From assembly GCA_963717965.1 (NCBI GenBank), contig CAVQXS010000003.1:326896-390895 (forward strand): a stretch of DNA of 64,000 nucleotides, given 5' to 3'. Origin of the DNA: an uncultured Thermoleophilia bacterium. GTDB lineage: Bacteria; Actinomycetota; Thermoleophilia; UBA2241. This document shows, piece after piece, positions 36,906 to 45,611 of the stretch (positions are counted from its first letter, which is position 1; every line of letters starts with the position of its first letter). The notes under the pieces were generated by a model. That model did no database searches. It was not told the origin of the DNA and was given only the letters and a program-made list of their open reading frames with translations. A program made the translations under genes and the position numbers.

Positions 36906-38371
36906 CAGGCCCCCGCCAGCTCCTGGTCGGCGCGGTCGACGATCGCGCGCAGCTCCCTCACCACGTCCTCAGGGAGCGGCTCGGGCCGGTAGCTGGCCAG
37001 GATGTCGTCGGCGATCTCCGTCGCCTTCTCCAGGGCGCCCTTCTTGCCCTCGCGCAGCCAGTTGTCGTACGGGGTACGGTCCCACACGGTGGGACGCCAG
37101 ATCTCCTGCATGTGCCGGCGCGTGTGCTTCTCGGCGAGGTAGGTGCCGTTCGGACCGACCTTCTTGATCACGTCGAGCGCCAGCGTCTCGTCGTCCACGA
37201 GGATGCCGCCTGCGACCTTCTGGACGATCCCGTAGATCTCGGTCTCCATGATCATGTGCGGGTAGCTCAGGATCTTGGACCCGTTGAGCAGCCCGGCGCC
37301 GTTCATCATGTCCGCGTTGGTCATCACGCTGGCGAAGGTGCTGAACGAGTCGTCGATCGCTGCCTGCCAGTCGGGCTCCTTGGCGCCGGTGGCCATGGTG
37401 CCCATCGCCATCGGCACGCCGTAGAAGTGGGCGAGCTGGGTGGAGGCGCCGGCGAGCAGGTAGTCCTCGGGCGAGCCGCCGGTATAGCCGCCGGTCTTGA
37501 GGTCGATGACGCTCGGGGCGCCGGCGAAGAAGGCCGGCACGCCCGGGTAGGCCAGCTCGAGGAGCACGACGCCGCTGAGCGCCTCTGCATTCTGGACGAC
37601 GAGATTGCCGGCCAGCGTCGCCGGGCCGGTCCCGGCCGCAAGTGGCATGGGCATGAAGCCGCTGGCCAGCCCGTGCTCTGCGGCCACGAGATTGGCCTCG
37701 AGGTTGGGGCCATCGTGCGCGAGAGGATCCACGGCGCACTGCATGAAGCTGAGGATCGGGCGCTCGCGCAGCTTGTCCGTGCCGCCGGCGATGGCGGCCG
37801 CCATCTCGACGAGGTAGCGGGCGGGCTTCTCGCCGACCGTGGTCACCGTCTGGAAGTGCTTGCTCGTGTTGGCGAACACGGCCTCGGCGTCGTGGAGCGC
37901 CTTGGTCGCCGGGGGCACGTCCTGGCTGGTGACCACGGGGCCCCAGTAGTAGCTGATGTTGGGGAGCGCGTCGACGAAGCGGGCGCTGGTCGCCGCGTCG
38001 GCCTTGGTGCTCGGTCGCTTCTCGCCCGTCTTGTGGTCGAACACAAAGACGCCGGAGCCGTCGTTGCTGAGGTAGCTGTGCTTGCCGTCGATCAGCATGT
38101 CGCAGTCGGGGTGGCGGCCGGCGAGCACGTAGCTGTCCGGCACAAGCGAGACGGCCTCCATGACGACCGCGCGAGGGAGCTTGACGATCTGCGTCGCGCG
38201 GTCCACCTCGCAGCCGTTCTTCTCGAGCACGTCGAGGGCGCGCTCACTGGGGAACCGGATGCCCACCGTCTCGAGCACGTCGAGGGTGGCCTCGTGGATG
38301 CGCTCGAGCTCACTCGGATTGAGGACGTCCCACCAGAGACGGGGGGCGATGGGGTTGATACGGGTGGTCAT
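36905..38371 (-). CDS. MttB-superfamily (non-Pyl) methyltransferase paralog C
   Basis: Intact, 488 aa: LWWDVLNPSELERIHEATLDVLETVGIRF..., GTGPATLAGNLVVQNAEALSG, GAKEPDWQAAIDDS, METEIYGIV, GPNGTYLAEKHTRRHM. Confidence 0.9.
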   Translation of the reverse strand: MTTRINPIAPRLWWDVLNPSELERIHEATLDVLETVGIRFPSERALDVLEKNGCEVDRATQIVKLPRAVVMEAVSLVPDSYVLAGRHPDCDMLIDGKHSYLSNDGSGVFVFDHKTGEKRPSTKADAATSARFVDALPNISYYWGPVVTSQDVPPATKALHDAEAVFANTSKHFQTVTTVGEKPARYLVEMAAAIAGGTDKLRERPILSFMQCAVDPLAHDGPNLEANLVAAEHGLASGFMPMPLAAGTGPATLAGNLVVQNAEALSGVVLLELAYPGVPAFFAGAPSVIDLKTGGYTGGSPEDYLLAGASTQLAHFYGVPMAMGTMATGAKEPDWQAAIDDSFSTFASVMTNADMMNGAGLLNGSKILSYPHMIMETEIYGIVQKVAGGILVDDETLALDVIKKVGPNGTYLAEKHTRRHMQEIWRPTVWDRTPYDNWLREGKKGALEKATEIADDILASYRPEPLPEDVVRELRAIVDRADQELAGA

Positions 38372-38647
38372 TGCGGCAACCTCGCAGGGGTCCGACGACG
38401 GCGGGTCAGGGTGGAGTCGGCAGCGGGCGGGCAGTCGCGGTGTTGCTCAGAAGGAGCCCGTCCGCGGAGGCGGAGGGCTTAGAGACCGCAGGAGCGGTTG
38501 ATCGTGCTGATGCTGATGCTGGATGCGTCGGGCACGGGCCGCAGTCTATCACCGGGCCAACGCCCGGCAAAACGCCGCGCGTTTGCGGAGGGTGCAGCGG
38601 TTTTCTGTGTCCGCCGGCAGTCCACCGGCGGGCTCGTGCGGCGCCCC

Positions 38648-40060
38648 TCAGGTCCCCGGCCGATGAGCCTCGACGTCGGCGAGGATCCGGTCGAGGCCCG
38701 CCTTTGCGTCGTCCGGCAGCTCGAAGGCGCGCGGCTCGGAGCGCAGCTCCGCGACCCGCGCCCTCAGGCGGTCGAGCAGCGTCCGCGACCCGCCGGCCTC
38801 CCACGCGTCGTGGCGGGTCGTGTCGAAGAGGTCGCTCTGCCAGATCTCCCGGAAGTGCCTTCTCGTGTAGGGCCGGGCCAGGTGGTTGCCGCCCGGCCCC
38901 ACCGCCTTGATCTCGTCCAGCGCCAGAGCCTCGTCGTCGGTGGCCAGCGGCGCCATGAACGCCTTGGCCCAGCCGAGCACGTGGTCGCCGAAGACGATCG
39001 ACTCGTAGCTGCCCTGCAGGCCGCACTCGAGGTAGCCCACGTCGTGCAGCAGCGTCCCGCGCGAGAGCTTGCCGAGGATCGCCGTCAGCGACGTCTCCGC
39101 GCTCCACTGCTCGTCGAGCACCTTGCTGTCCGAGTGCGCCGCGTAGGCGAAGCTCGGCAGGTCGTACCAGCGCGCCAGGTCGGTCTGCGCCTGGTGGCCG
39201 CGGAAGACGTCCGCGGAGGAGTACACCTCGTTCATCGTGCGCATGTTCATCGCGCCGACTCCGACGCCCCAGACGAACGGCGCGCCCGGCCTGACGGCCT
39301 GGCTGAGCACGAGGCCGGCGAGCACCTCGGCGTTGGCCACCACGATCACCGCGGTGACGCTCGCCGGCGCTGTCGTGCCGGCGTTCGGCGCCGGCGCCCA
39401 GATGAGCGGGATGCCGAGCTCGGCGCAGGCGATCACCTTGCTGGCGCCGTCCTCGTCGAACAGCAGCGGGGGCACGGGCATCGCGTAGATGCCGAAGCTG
39501 CCGACCTCGCCGGCCAGCGCCGCCATCTCCCGCATCTTCGGCAGGATGTGCCCGTCCCTCGGGGCGACGATCAGCGGCTTGCGCGTGCCGCGCATCATGG
39601 CGTCGACCTGCGCGAGGTCGTCGACGGCCTGCGGCGCGTCCTCGGGCAGGCCCATGCTCATCACGAAGTCGATGTTGGGGAGCTTCTCGCAGAGCGCGGC
39701 CATGCCCTCGATGTCGGCGCGGCGCACCCGGCGGCGCTCGCGCGTGTCGGGGTCGCAGACGTAGAGCACGTCCGAGCCGGTGCCGCAGTACGTGTGGTGG
39801 GCGTCGAGGACGAGCGGCTCCGTCTCGCCGCCGCGCGGCTTGATCGTCCAGTCGCGCGGCGCGCTCTTCAGCGCCGCCTCGACCAGCTCTGCAGGGATGC
39901 GCACGCGCCTGCCGTCGACCTGCGCACCGGCCTCGGCGAAGAGCTCGGCGGCCGGCGCGTACTTGACCTCGATGCCGGTCTCGGCGAGCACCTCCAGGGT
40001 CGCCTCGTGGACGCGCCGGCAAGCGGCCTCGTCCCAGATCGTCAGGCGAGCTGCGTTCAT
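38648..40060 (-). CDS. MttB-superfamily (non-Pyl) methyltransferase paralog D
   Basis: ATG at 40060 behind AAAGGAGAGA. 470 aa, closest to paralog A (MNAARLTIWDEAACRRVHEATLEVLAETGIEV..., APAPNAGTTAPAS, GYLECGLQGSYE, GPGGNHLARPYTRRH). Confidence 0.9.
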   Translation of the reverse strand: MNAARLTIWDEAACRRVHEATLEVLAETGIEVKYAPAAELFAEAGAQVDGRRVRIPAELVEAALKSAPRDWTIKPRGGETEPLVLDAHHTYCGTGSDVLYVCDPDTRERRRVRRADIEGMAALCEKLPNIDFVMSMGLPEDAPQAVDDLAQVDAMMRGTRKPLIVAPRDGHILPKMREMAALAGEVGSFGIYAMPVPPLLFDEDGASKVIACAELGIPLIWAPAPNAGTTAPASVTAVIVVANAEVLAGLVLSQAVRPGAPFVWGVGVGAMNMRTMNEVYSSADVFRGHQAQTDLARWYDLPSFAYAAHSDSKVLDEQWSAETSLTAILGKLSRGTLLHDVGYLECGLQGSYESIVFGDHVLGWAKAFMAPLATDDEALALDEIKAVGPGGNHLARPYTRRHFREIWQSDLFDTTRHDAWEAGGSRTLLDRLRARVAELRSEPRAFELPDDAKAGLDRILADVEAHRPGT

Positions 40061-40147
40061 GTTCGGTCTCTCCTTTGCTCGCACTCGCCGGCTCGCGGGC
40101 CGCGAGAGCCCTGGACACGGTCGGCCCGCAGCGGCGATGCTACCGGA

Positions 40148-41371
40148 ATGGACGTCCAGCACGTGTACGACGATGGGCTCTGCATGCAGTGCGGCTCGTG
40201 TGTCGGCGTCTGCCCAGCCGACGCCGTTCGCCTCGAATGGGACCTGCACGTCGGACACCGCCTCCGCGTGGACCCGGCCACGTGCACCGACTGCGGCGCG
40301 TGTCTCGAGGCATGCCCCGGACCGGGCATTGATTTCGGCGCGGAGGCGTGGTGGCGCGAACGTAACGAGGGCGCTCCCGTCCGCGACTTCCTGGGCCCTT
40401 GGCGCGGCCTGTGGTTCGGCTGGGCGTCCGACGCAGAGGCGCGGCACGCCGGGGCGTCGGGCGGCGTGGCCACGGCGCTGCTCGCAGGTGCGCTCGAGTC
40501 GGGCTTCGCCGACACCGTGCTTGCGGTGGGCCTTGACCCGGACAACCCGCTGGCCGCCGTCGGCGTGGCGTGCACGACGCCGGATGAGGTCGCGGCCTGC
40601 CGCGGCTCCAAATACAACGTCGTGGCGGTGAACACGCTGCTGCGCCGCGTGCTCGAAGAACCCGGACGCTACGTGCTCGTCGGCCTGCCCTGTCACATCC
40701 AGGGGCTGCGACTCGCGCAGCGCCGCTCCCGGCGGCTGCGCGAGCGCGTCGTCCTCGGCCTGGGCATCTTCTGCGGCCTGACCAACGAGCCGCGCGCCAC
40801 GGAGGTGGCCGCGCGGCAGGCCGGTCTCGATCCGCGTGACCTGAAGAGCGTCTCGTACCGCGGGCCCGGCTGGCCGGGCGGCATGCGCCTCGAGACGCAC
40901 GACGGGCGTGTCCGCTACCGCGACTACCCGGAGTACTACGACCGGCACCTGGCGGCCATCGTCCCACCCCGCTGCCGCATCTGTCCCGACGCGCTGGCCG
41001 AGCTCGCCGACATCTCCGTCGGTGACGCCTGGCTCGAGCGCTTCGAGGGCTCCGACGGCGTGAGCGACCTCATCGTCCGCTCGCCGGCCGGCGAGCGCCT
41101 GCTGGCGGACCTCGCCGGCCGCCTCGAACTGACGCCGGCGGACCCGGACGACATGGTCGCCTCCCAGAGCGAGACCCGCCGGGTCAAGCGCGATGTCTGC
41201 CGGGGCCGCCTCTGGCTACGCTCGCTCACCGGGCGGCCGCTCCCCGAGTACCCCGGCCTCGCTCTGGCGGCATCGCCTGGCGACCGGCGGCGGGCGATCG
41301 CCGACGTGGCCGGGGAGCGCCTGTACCGCTTGCTCGCCGACAGGCGCTACCCGACGTCGGCGGGCCGGTGA
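40148..41371 (+). CDS. FrhB/FdhB-family (coenzyme F420 hydrogenase/dehydrogenase beta-like) FeS flavoprotein with N-terminal 2x[4Fe-4S] ferredoxin
   Basis: CMQCGSCVGVCP and CTDCGACLEACP motifs, then GASGGVATALL, GLPCHIQGLR, PRCRICPD..ADISVGDAW. Diverges from MttB paralog D. Confidence 0.75.
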   Translation: MDVQHVYDDGLCMQCGSCVGVCPADAVRLEWDLHVGHRLRVDPATCTDCGACLEACPGPGIDFGAEAWWRERNEGAPVRDFLGPWRGLWFGWASDAEARHAGASGGVATALLAGALESGFADTVLAVGLDPDNPLAAVGVACTTPDEVAACRGSKYNVVAVNTLLRRVLEEPGRYVLVGLPCHIQGLRLAQRRSRRLRERVVLGLGIFCGLTNEPRATEVAARQAGLDPRDLKSVSYRGPGWPGGMRLETHDGRVRYRDYPEYYDRHLAAIVPPRCRICPDALAELADISVGDAWLERFEGSDGVSDLIVRSPAGERLLADLAGRLELTPADPDDMVASQSETRRVKRDVCRGRLWLRSLTGRPLPEYPGLALAASPGDRRRAIADVAGERLYRLLADRRYPTSAGR

Positions 41372-41439
41372 GCTTCCGAGGAGCCATCATGCCGAGAGCA
41401 GCCGATCAACGCACCGGAGGCCGCGGGAGGAGGTGACAG

Positions 41440-42432
41440 ATGTTCGCGGTCTGGATCTGTCTGGCGTTCCTGGTCGCCGCCTGCTGGGGTCTGACCGTCG
41501 TCATCAACAAGCGGACGCTCAGCCTCGTCGACCCGATCGCCCTCAACGTGATCCTGCGCGGTCCGACGCTGGTTATCATGCTCCTCGTCATCGTCCCGCT
41601 CACCGCCCTGCACGGCTGGGACCTTGGCTTCGCCATGACGTGGGAGGCCGCCGGTTACATCGCCCTGTCGGCCATCGTCACGTGGCTGATCGCCTTCAAC
41701 ACCTACTACCTGGCGCTGCGTCTGGGCTCGGTCGGCATCGTTTCACCGATCGTGGCCACAGACCCGGTCTTCACGGCCCTTTTCGCCGTGCTGATCCTCG
41801 GCGCCGCCCTGGCGAGCCTGGTACTCGCGGGACTCCTTATCGCGACGGCCGGCGTGGCGCTGCTTTCTCGCGAGGGCGAGGACGAGCCTGTGGTGGGGCC
41901 GGACACGCTGGTGGCAGCACCGGCTGCCGGCTCGGCGTCGATTGACCTCGCGGGACCCCCACGACACTCGCCCGCCACACCCCACGAACGGCTGACGCTC
42001 ATCGCGCTCGCCATCGTCACGGCCGCCGGCTGGGGGCTCGGCCCCGTCCTCATCGAGCAGGCCCAGCGCACCCTCGGCGGCAACAGCGCGACCATGATCC
42101 TGATGAGTCAGGCGATCGGCCTGGTGCTGGTTCTCCCGATCGTCGTCGCCAGGCGGCGCGTGCTCCTGCGACCACTGCGAGCAGGAGAGCGTAGGCTTCT
42201 CGTCTCCCTCGTTCTCGCCTCGGCCGTACTGGAAGCGATATTCTCCATCTCCTACTACTTCCTCATCGACAACATCGGGGCCGTTCTCACCGTGCTGATC
42301 ATCGCGACGTCGCCCGTCTTCTCCATTCTCGGCGGCGTCCTGCTGCTCAAGGAGAAGTACGACCGGTCGCTGGCAGTCGGCGCCTCACTCACGCTCGCGG
42401 GCGTGGCGATGGCGATCCTCGGAGCGCGATGA
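41440..42432 (+). CDS. EamA/DMT-family transporter (seventh DMT gene, different subfamily from the tandem six)
   Basis: 330 aa, two EamA repeats separated by an acidic loop, about 10 TM segments. Confidence 0.8.
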   Translation: MFAVWICLAFLVAACWGLTVVINKRTLSLVDPIALNVILRGPTLVIMLLVIVPLTALHGWDLGFAMTWEAAGYIALSAIVTWLIAFNTYYLALRLGSVGIVSPIVATDPVFTALFAVLILGAALASLVLAGLLIATAGVALLSREGEDEPVVGPDTLVAAPAAGSASIDLAGPPRHSPATPHERLTLIALAIVTAAGWGLGPVLIEQAQRTLGGNSATMILMSQAIGLVLVLPIVVARRRVLLRPLRAGERRLLVSLVLASAVLEAIFSISYYFLIDNIGAVLTVLIIATSPVFSILGGVLLLKEKYDRSLAVGASLTLAGVAMAILGAR

Positions 42433-42466
42433 CCGCAGCGTCGGCGGCGGCAGGCCTCGCAACGTC

Positions 42467-43138
42467 CTACAGGCCGGCCTGCTCGCGCACGGCCTCCCAG
42501 GCCTCCGGGGTCAGGATCTGCGCCCCGAGCGCCCTGACTCCGTCGAGCGCCGGCGGTGGCATGGTCGCTTTGGCGCCGCCAAGGATCCCGACGAGCTCCA
42601 GCCTGTTCAGCCCCTTGAACATCCATTCGAGCGACTGCATCAGCCGCTCCGGCGGCATGGACGCCATGATCTCCCCCTGGATGGCGCCCAGCTGATCGTC
42701 GTCGAAGTGCTTCCACGTCGCCGGGAGGAGAGTCGCTTCCTCATGGGCAAGATGCTGCAGGTAGAGCGCCGTGAGCTCGTTGTAGCGCCGGTTGAGGTCG
42801 ACTCCAGCGGCCGCCCGGGATCGGGCGTCGGCGGTCCTCGCCCCGTCTAGCGCCCCGCCTGCGATCCCCAGGAGCCCCTCCACCTCCTGATGCTGCGCCT
42901 GCAGCTCGTCGACGAGCTGCGGCTCGAACGGCTTGACCCGAGGGAACACGAACTGCTCTTCCAGGTCGTGGTGCTCTTGCAGGAGGCCCAGGACCGGCTC
43001 CAACCCGTCGACCGCACGCCCGGCGCCCTGTTCGTCGGCAAAGTCGGCCGTCTGCAGGGCGCCCCCCGTCTCGTAGATCATGGCCCGGAGAGCCTTGTGG
43101 ATCGTCGTGAGCAGATCGAAACGCGGCATCGTCCCCAC
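42467..43138 (-). CDS. Hemerythrin-like (HHE cation-binding) domain protein
   Basis: LLTTIHKALR..., LLQEHHDLEEQFVFP, QAQHQEV, YLQHLAHEE: repeated H/E ligand pattern of hemerythrin-like domains. Confidence 0.65.
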   Translation of the reverse strand: MGTMPRFDLLTTIHKALRAMIYETGGALQTADFADEQGAGRAVDGLEPVLGLLQEHHDLEEQFVFPRVKPFEPQLVDELQAQHQEVEGLLGIAGGALDGARTADARSRAAAGVDLNRRYNELTALYLQHLAHEEATLLPATWKHFDDDQLGAIQGEIMASMPPERLMQSLEWMFKGLNRLELVGILGGAKATMPPPALDGVRALGAQILTPEAWEAVREQAGL

Positions 43139-43258
43139 CTCCGTCGTCGGCTGTGATTTCTTGGGAGTTGTTTCCGCGGAGATAGGCGGCTAGTCGCGGT
43201 CTCCGTTAGCGAGCGGCCGCGTATCTGGGCCGTTGGCCAAAGCGCCGCCGCGGGACCC

Positions 43259-43846
43259 TCAGATCCAGAAGCCCGGCGGCTCGGCGAGCTGCGGGTTCTC
43301 GCGCTGGAAGGCCAGAGCGGCCTCGAGCGTCCGCACCCAGTCGTAGTAGATGCCCTTGCAGTGGACGAGCTCGGCGCCGAGGTCGCGCAGGCGGGCGAGG
43401 CCGAAGGCCTGCGCGCCCGCCGGCGAGTACACGGCGTCGACGGCCACGACGACGCGGTAGTCGGCCTCGGAGAGGCCGGCGGCGGAGTGCGTCACGCATA
43501 CGTCGGTCTCGAAGCCGCAGAGGACGGCCGTCCGGCGGCCGGTCGCCGCGATCGCCGCCATGATGTCCGGGCAGGCGGCGGCGTTGAAGACCGGCTTCGT
43601 CAACACCGGCGCCTGGCGGCCGACGGCCAGCAGCACCCCCACCGCCGTGGGGCCGTTCCGCGCCGGGTCCTCCTCGGTGAGGACGGCCGGCACGCCCAGT
43701 GCCATCGCCGTCCCCGCCAGCCAGGAGGCGCGCGTGATTGCCGCACTCACCTCCCCCGCGTCGTCCTTCCCGAGCCTGTCGCCCCAGAACTTGGGCTGCA
43801 GGTCGATCACGACCAGGAGCGAGTCGTCACGGTCGATCAGCGGCAT
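43259..43846 (-). CDS. Isochorismatase-family hydrolase (cysteine hydrolase)
   Basis: ATG at 43846. LLVVIDLQ (Asp), LTKPVFN (Lys), LCGFETDVCVTHSA (Cys) catalytic-triad pattern. Confidence 0.8.
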   Translation of the reverse strand: MPLIDRDDSLLVVIDLQPKFWGDRLGKDDAGEVSAAITRASWLAGTAMALGVPAVLTEEDPARNGPTAVGVLLAVGRQAPVLTKPVFNAAACPDIMAAIAATGRRTAVLCGFETDVCVTHSAAGLSEADYRVVVAVDAVYSPAGAQAFGLARLRDLGAELVHCKGIYYDWVRTLEAALAFQRENPQLAEPPGFWI

Positions 43847-44141
43847 GGTCGCCTCCAGCGGAGTAGACGGACTGAGGAGCGGCCGGGCAGGGCCGCCGTT
43901 GCCGAGCACGATACCACCGCCGGTGAGATCCGGACTGCGACACCTTGAGCAGCGAAGCTCGCGGCGCGTCCGAGCCGGCCGGCGCCGATCGCTCGGCGAA
44001 GTCGGGCGCGCGCCGGGCCGACGCTTTACTCGCGCGCCCCCTGCCCTTACGCTCGGCCTCGGCGGGCGCCGCGGCGCCCCCGCCACGGCGCCCGCGGGGG
44101 CGGGCGTTCCGGTGGCCAAAGCTCCTCGCGGAGGTGCTGGA

Positions 44142-45611
44142 ATGAAGCGGAACCTGCATGCCGGGCGACCCACCTCAGGGGGGCTCAGCCTGAACGTGTT
44201 CACCGAGGCCGAGCTCGACGACATCCATCTCGGCTCGCTCGAGGTGCTGGAGCGTACGGGGGTCTGGGTCGAGGCCGACGACGCGCTCGACATCCTCGGC
44301 GACGGTGGTTGCGTCGTGAATCGCGAGACGCGCGTGGTGCGCATCCCGCCACATCTGGTGGAGGATGCGATCCGCTCGGCTCCACCCAAGAACTACCTGT
44401 GCGGGCGCGACTCCGAGATGGACCTCGTCCTCGAGGGCGGCCGCGTCTACTTCTCCAACTTCGACGAGGGCATCATGCTCGTCGACTCACGCACCGGCGA
44501 GTACCGCCACCCGGTCCTGCAGGACGTCCGCGAGGCCGCGCGGCTGGTCGACGCGCTCAGCGACATCGACACCTACGAGTCGGCGGTGCACCCGACCGAC
44601 GCGCCGGAGGCGACCGCCTGTCTCTACAAGTGGGAGGCGGCGATCCTCAACACCGGCAAGCCGGTCGGCACCGAGGCGACCAGCGCCTACGACTGCCGCA
44701 AGCTGATCGAGCTGGCGACCGTGGTGGCGGGTGGCGAAGACGAGTTCCGTCGTCGCCCGCTCATCGGCTTCGGCGTCTGCCCGGTGAGCCCGCTCAAGCT
44801 GCCGCGCGACGCCACCGAGGTGATCATCGAGTCGGCGCGCGCCTGGTGCCCGGACACGATCCTCAGCATGGCGATGTCCGGGGGGTCGTCCCCGGTCACC
44901 CTCGCCGGCACGCTCGTGCTGCACAACGCCGAGGTGCTCTCCGGCATCGTGCTCTCGCAGCTCGTCGAGCGCGGCTGCCCCGTCACGTACGGCTCGTCGA
45001 CGACGGCGATGGACCTCAAGCTGGCGGCGGCGTGCGTGGGCTCGCCCGAGCTCGCCCTGTTCAGCGCCGCCTGCGCCCAGATCGCCCGCCGCTACCTGCT
45101 GCCGAGCTTCGTCGCCGGGTTGTAGGCGGACTCCAAGCTCGGTGACGCGCAGACCGGTCACGAGAAGACCCTCACCGGACTCCTTCCTGCGTTGGCAGGC
45201 GCCAACCAGATCTACGGAGCGGGGATGATCGAGTCGGGCGTCACCTTCGACCTTGGCCAGCTGGTCATGGACAACGAGATCGCGCGCATGATCAAGTCCG
45301 TCGTCGCCGGCATCCCGGTCACCGACGAGACCCTGGCGGTCGACGACATCGCAAGGGTCGGCGCCTTCGGTGACTTCCTCTCGCTGGACGCGACGCTCAG
45401 GCACATGCGCGAGCTGAGCCAGCCCGAGGTCCTCGACCGCCGCGTGCGCGAGGACTGGGAGGCGCGCGGAGCGACCGATCTCGCCACCCGGACGCGCGCC
45501 CGTGCGCTCGAGCTGGTCGAGTCCCACCAGCCCCTGCCGCTCGACCCCGACGTGGCCGAGCAGGTGCACCGCATCATCGCAGCCGCCGACCGCGAGAAAG
45601 GCGTCACGTGA
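44142..45611 (+). CDS. mttB: Trimethylamine methyltransferase MttB, pyrrolysine-type (in-frame TAG at 45123-45125 = codon 328)
   Basis: ATG at 44142 behind GGAGG. ..[73 protein letters not shown].. in one continuous frame (43560..45125 and 45192..45611 are both in the same frame, coordinate mod 3 = 0). 489 codons in total. Confidence 0.75.
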
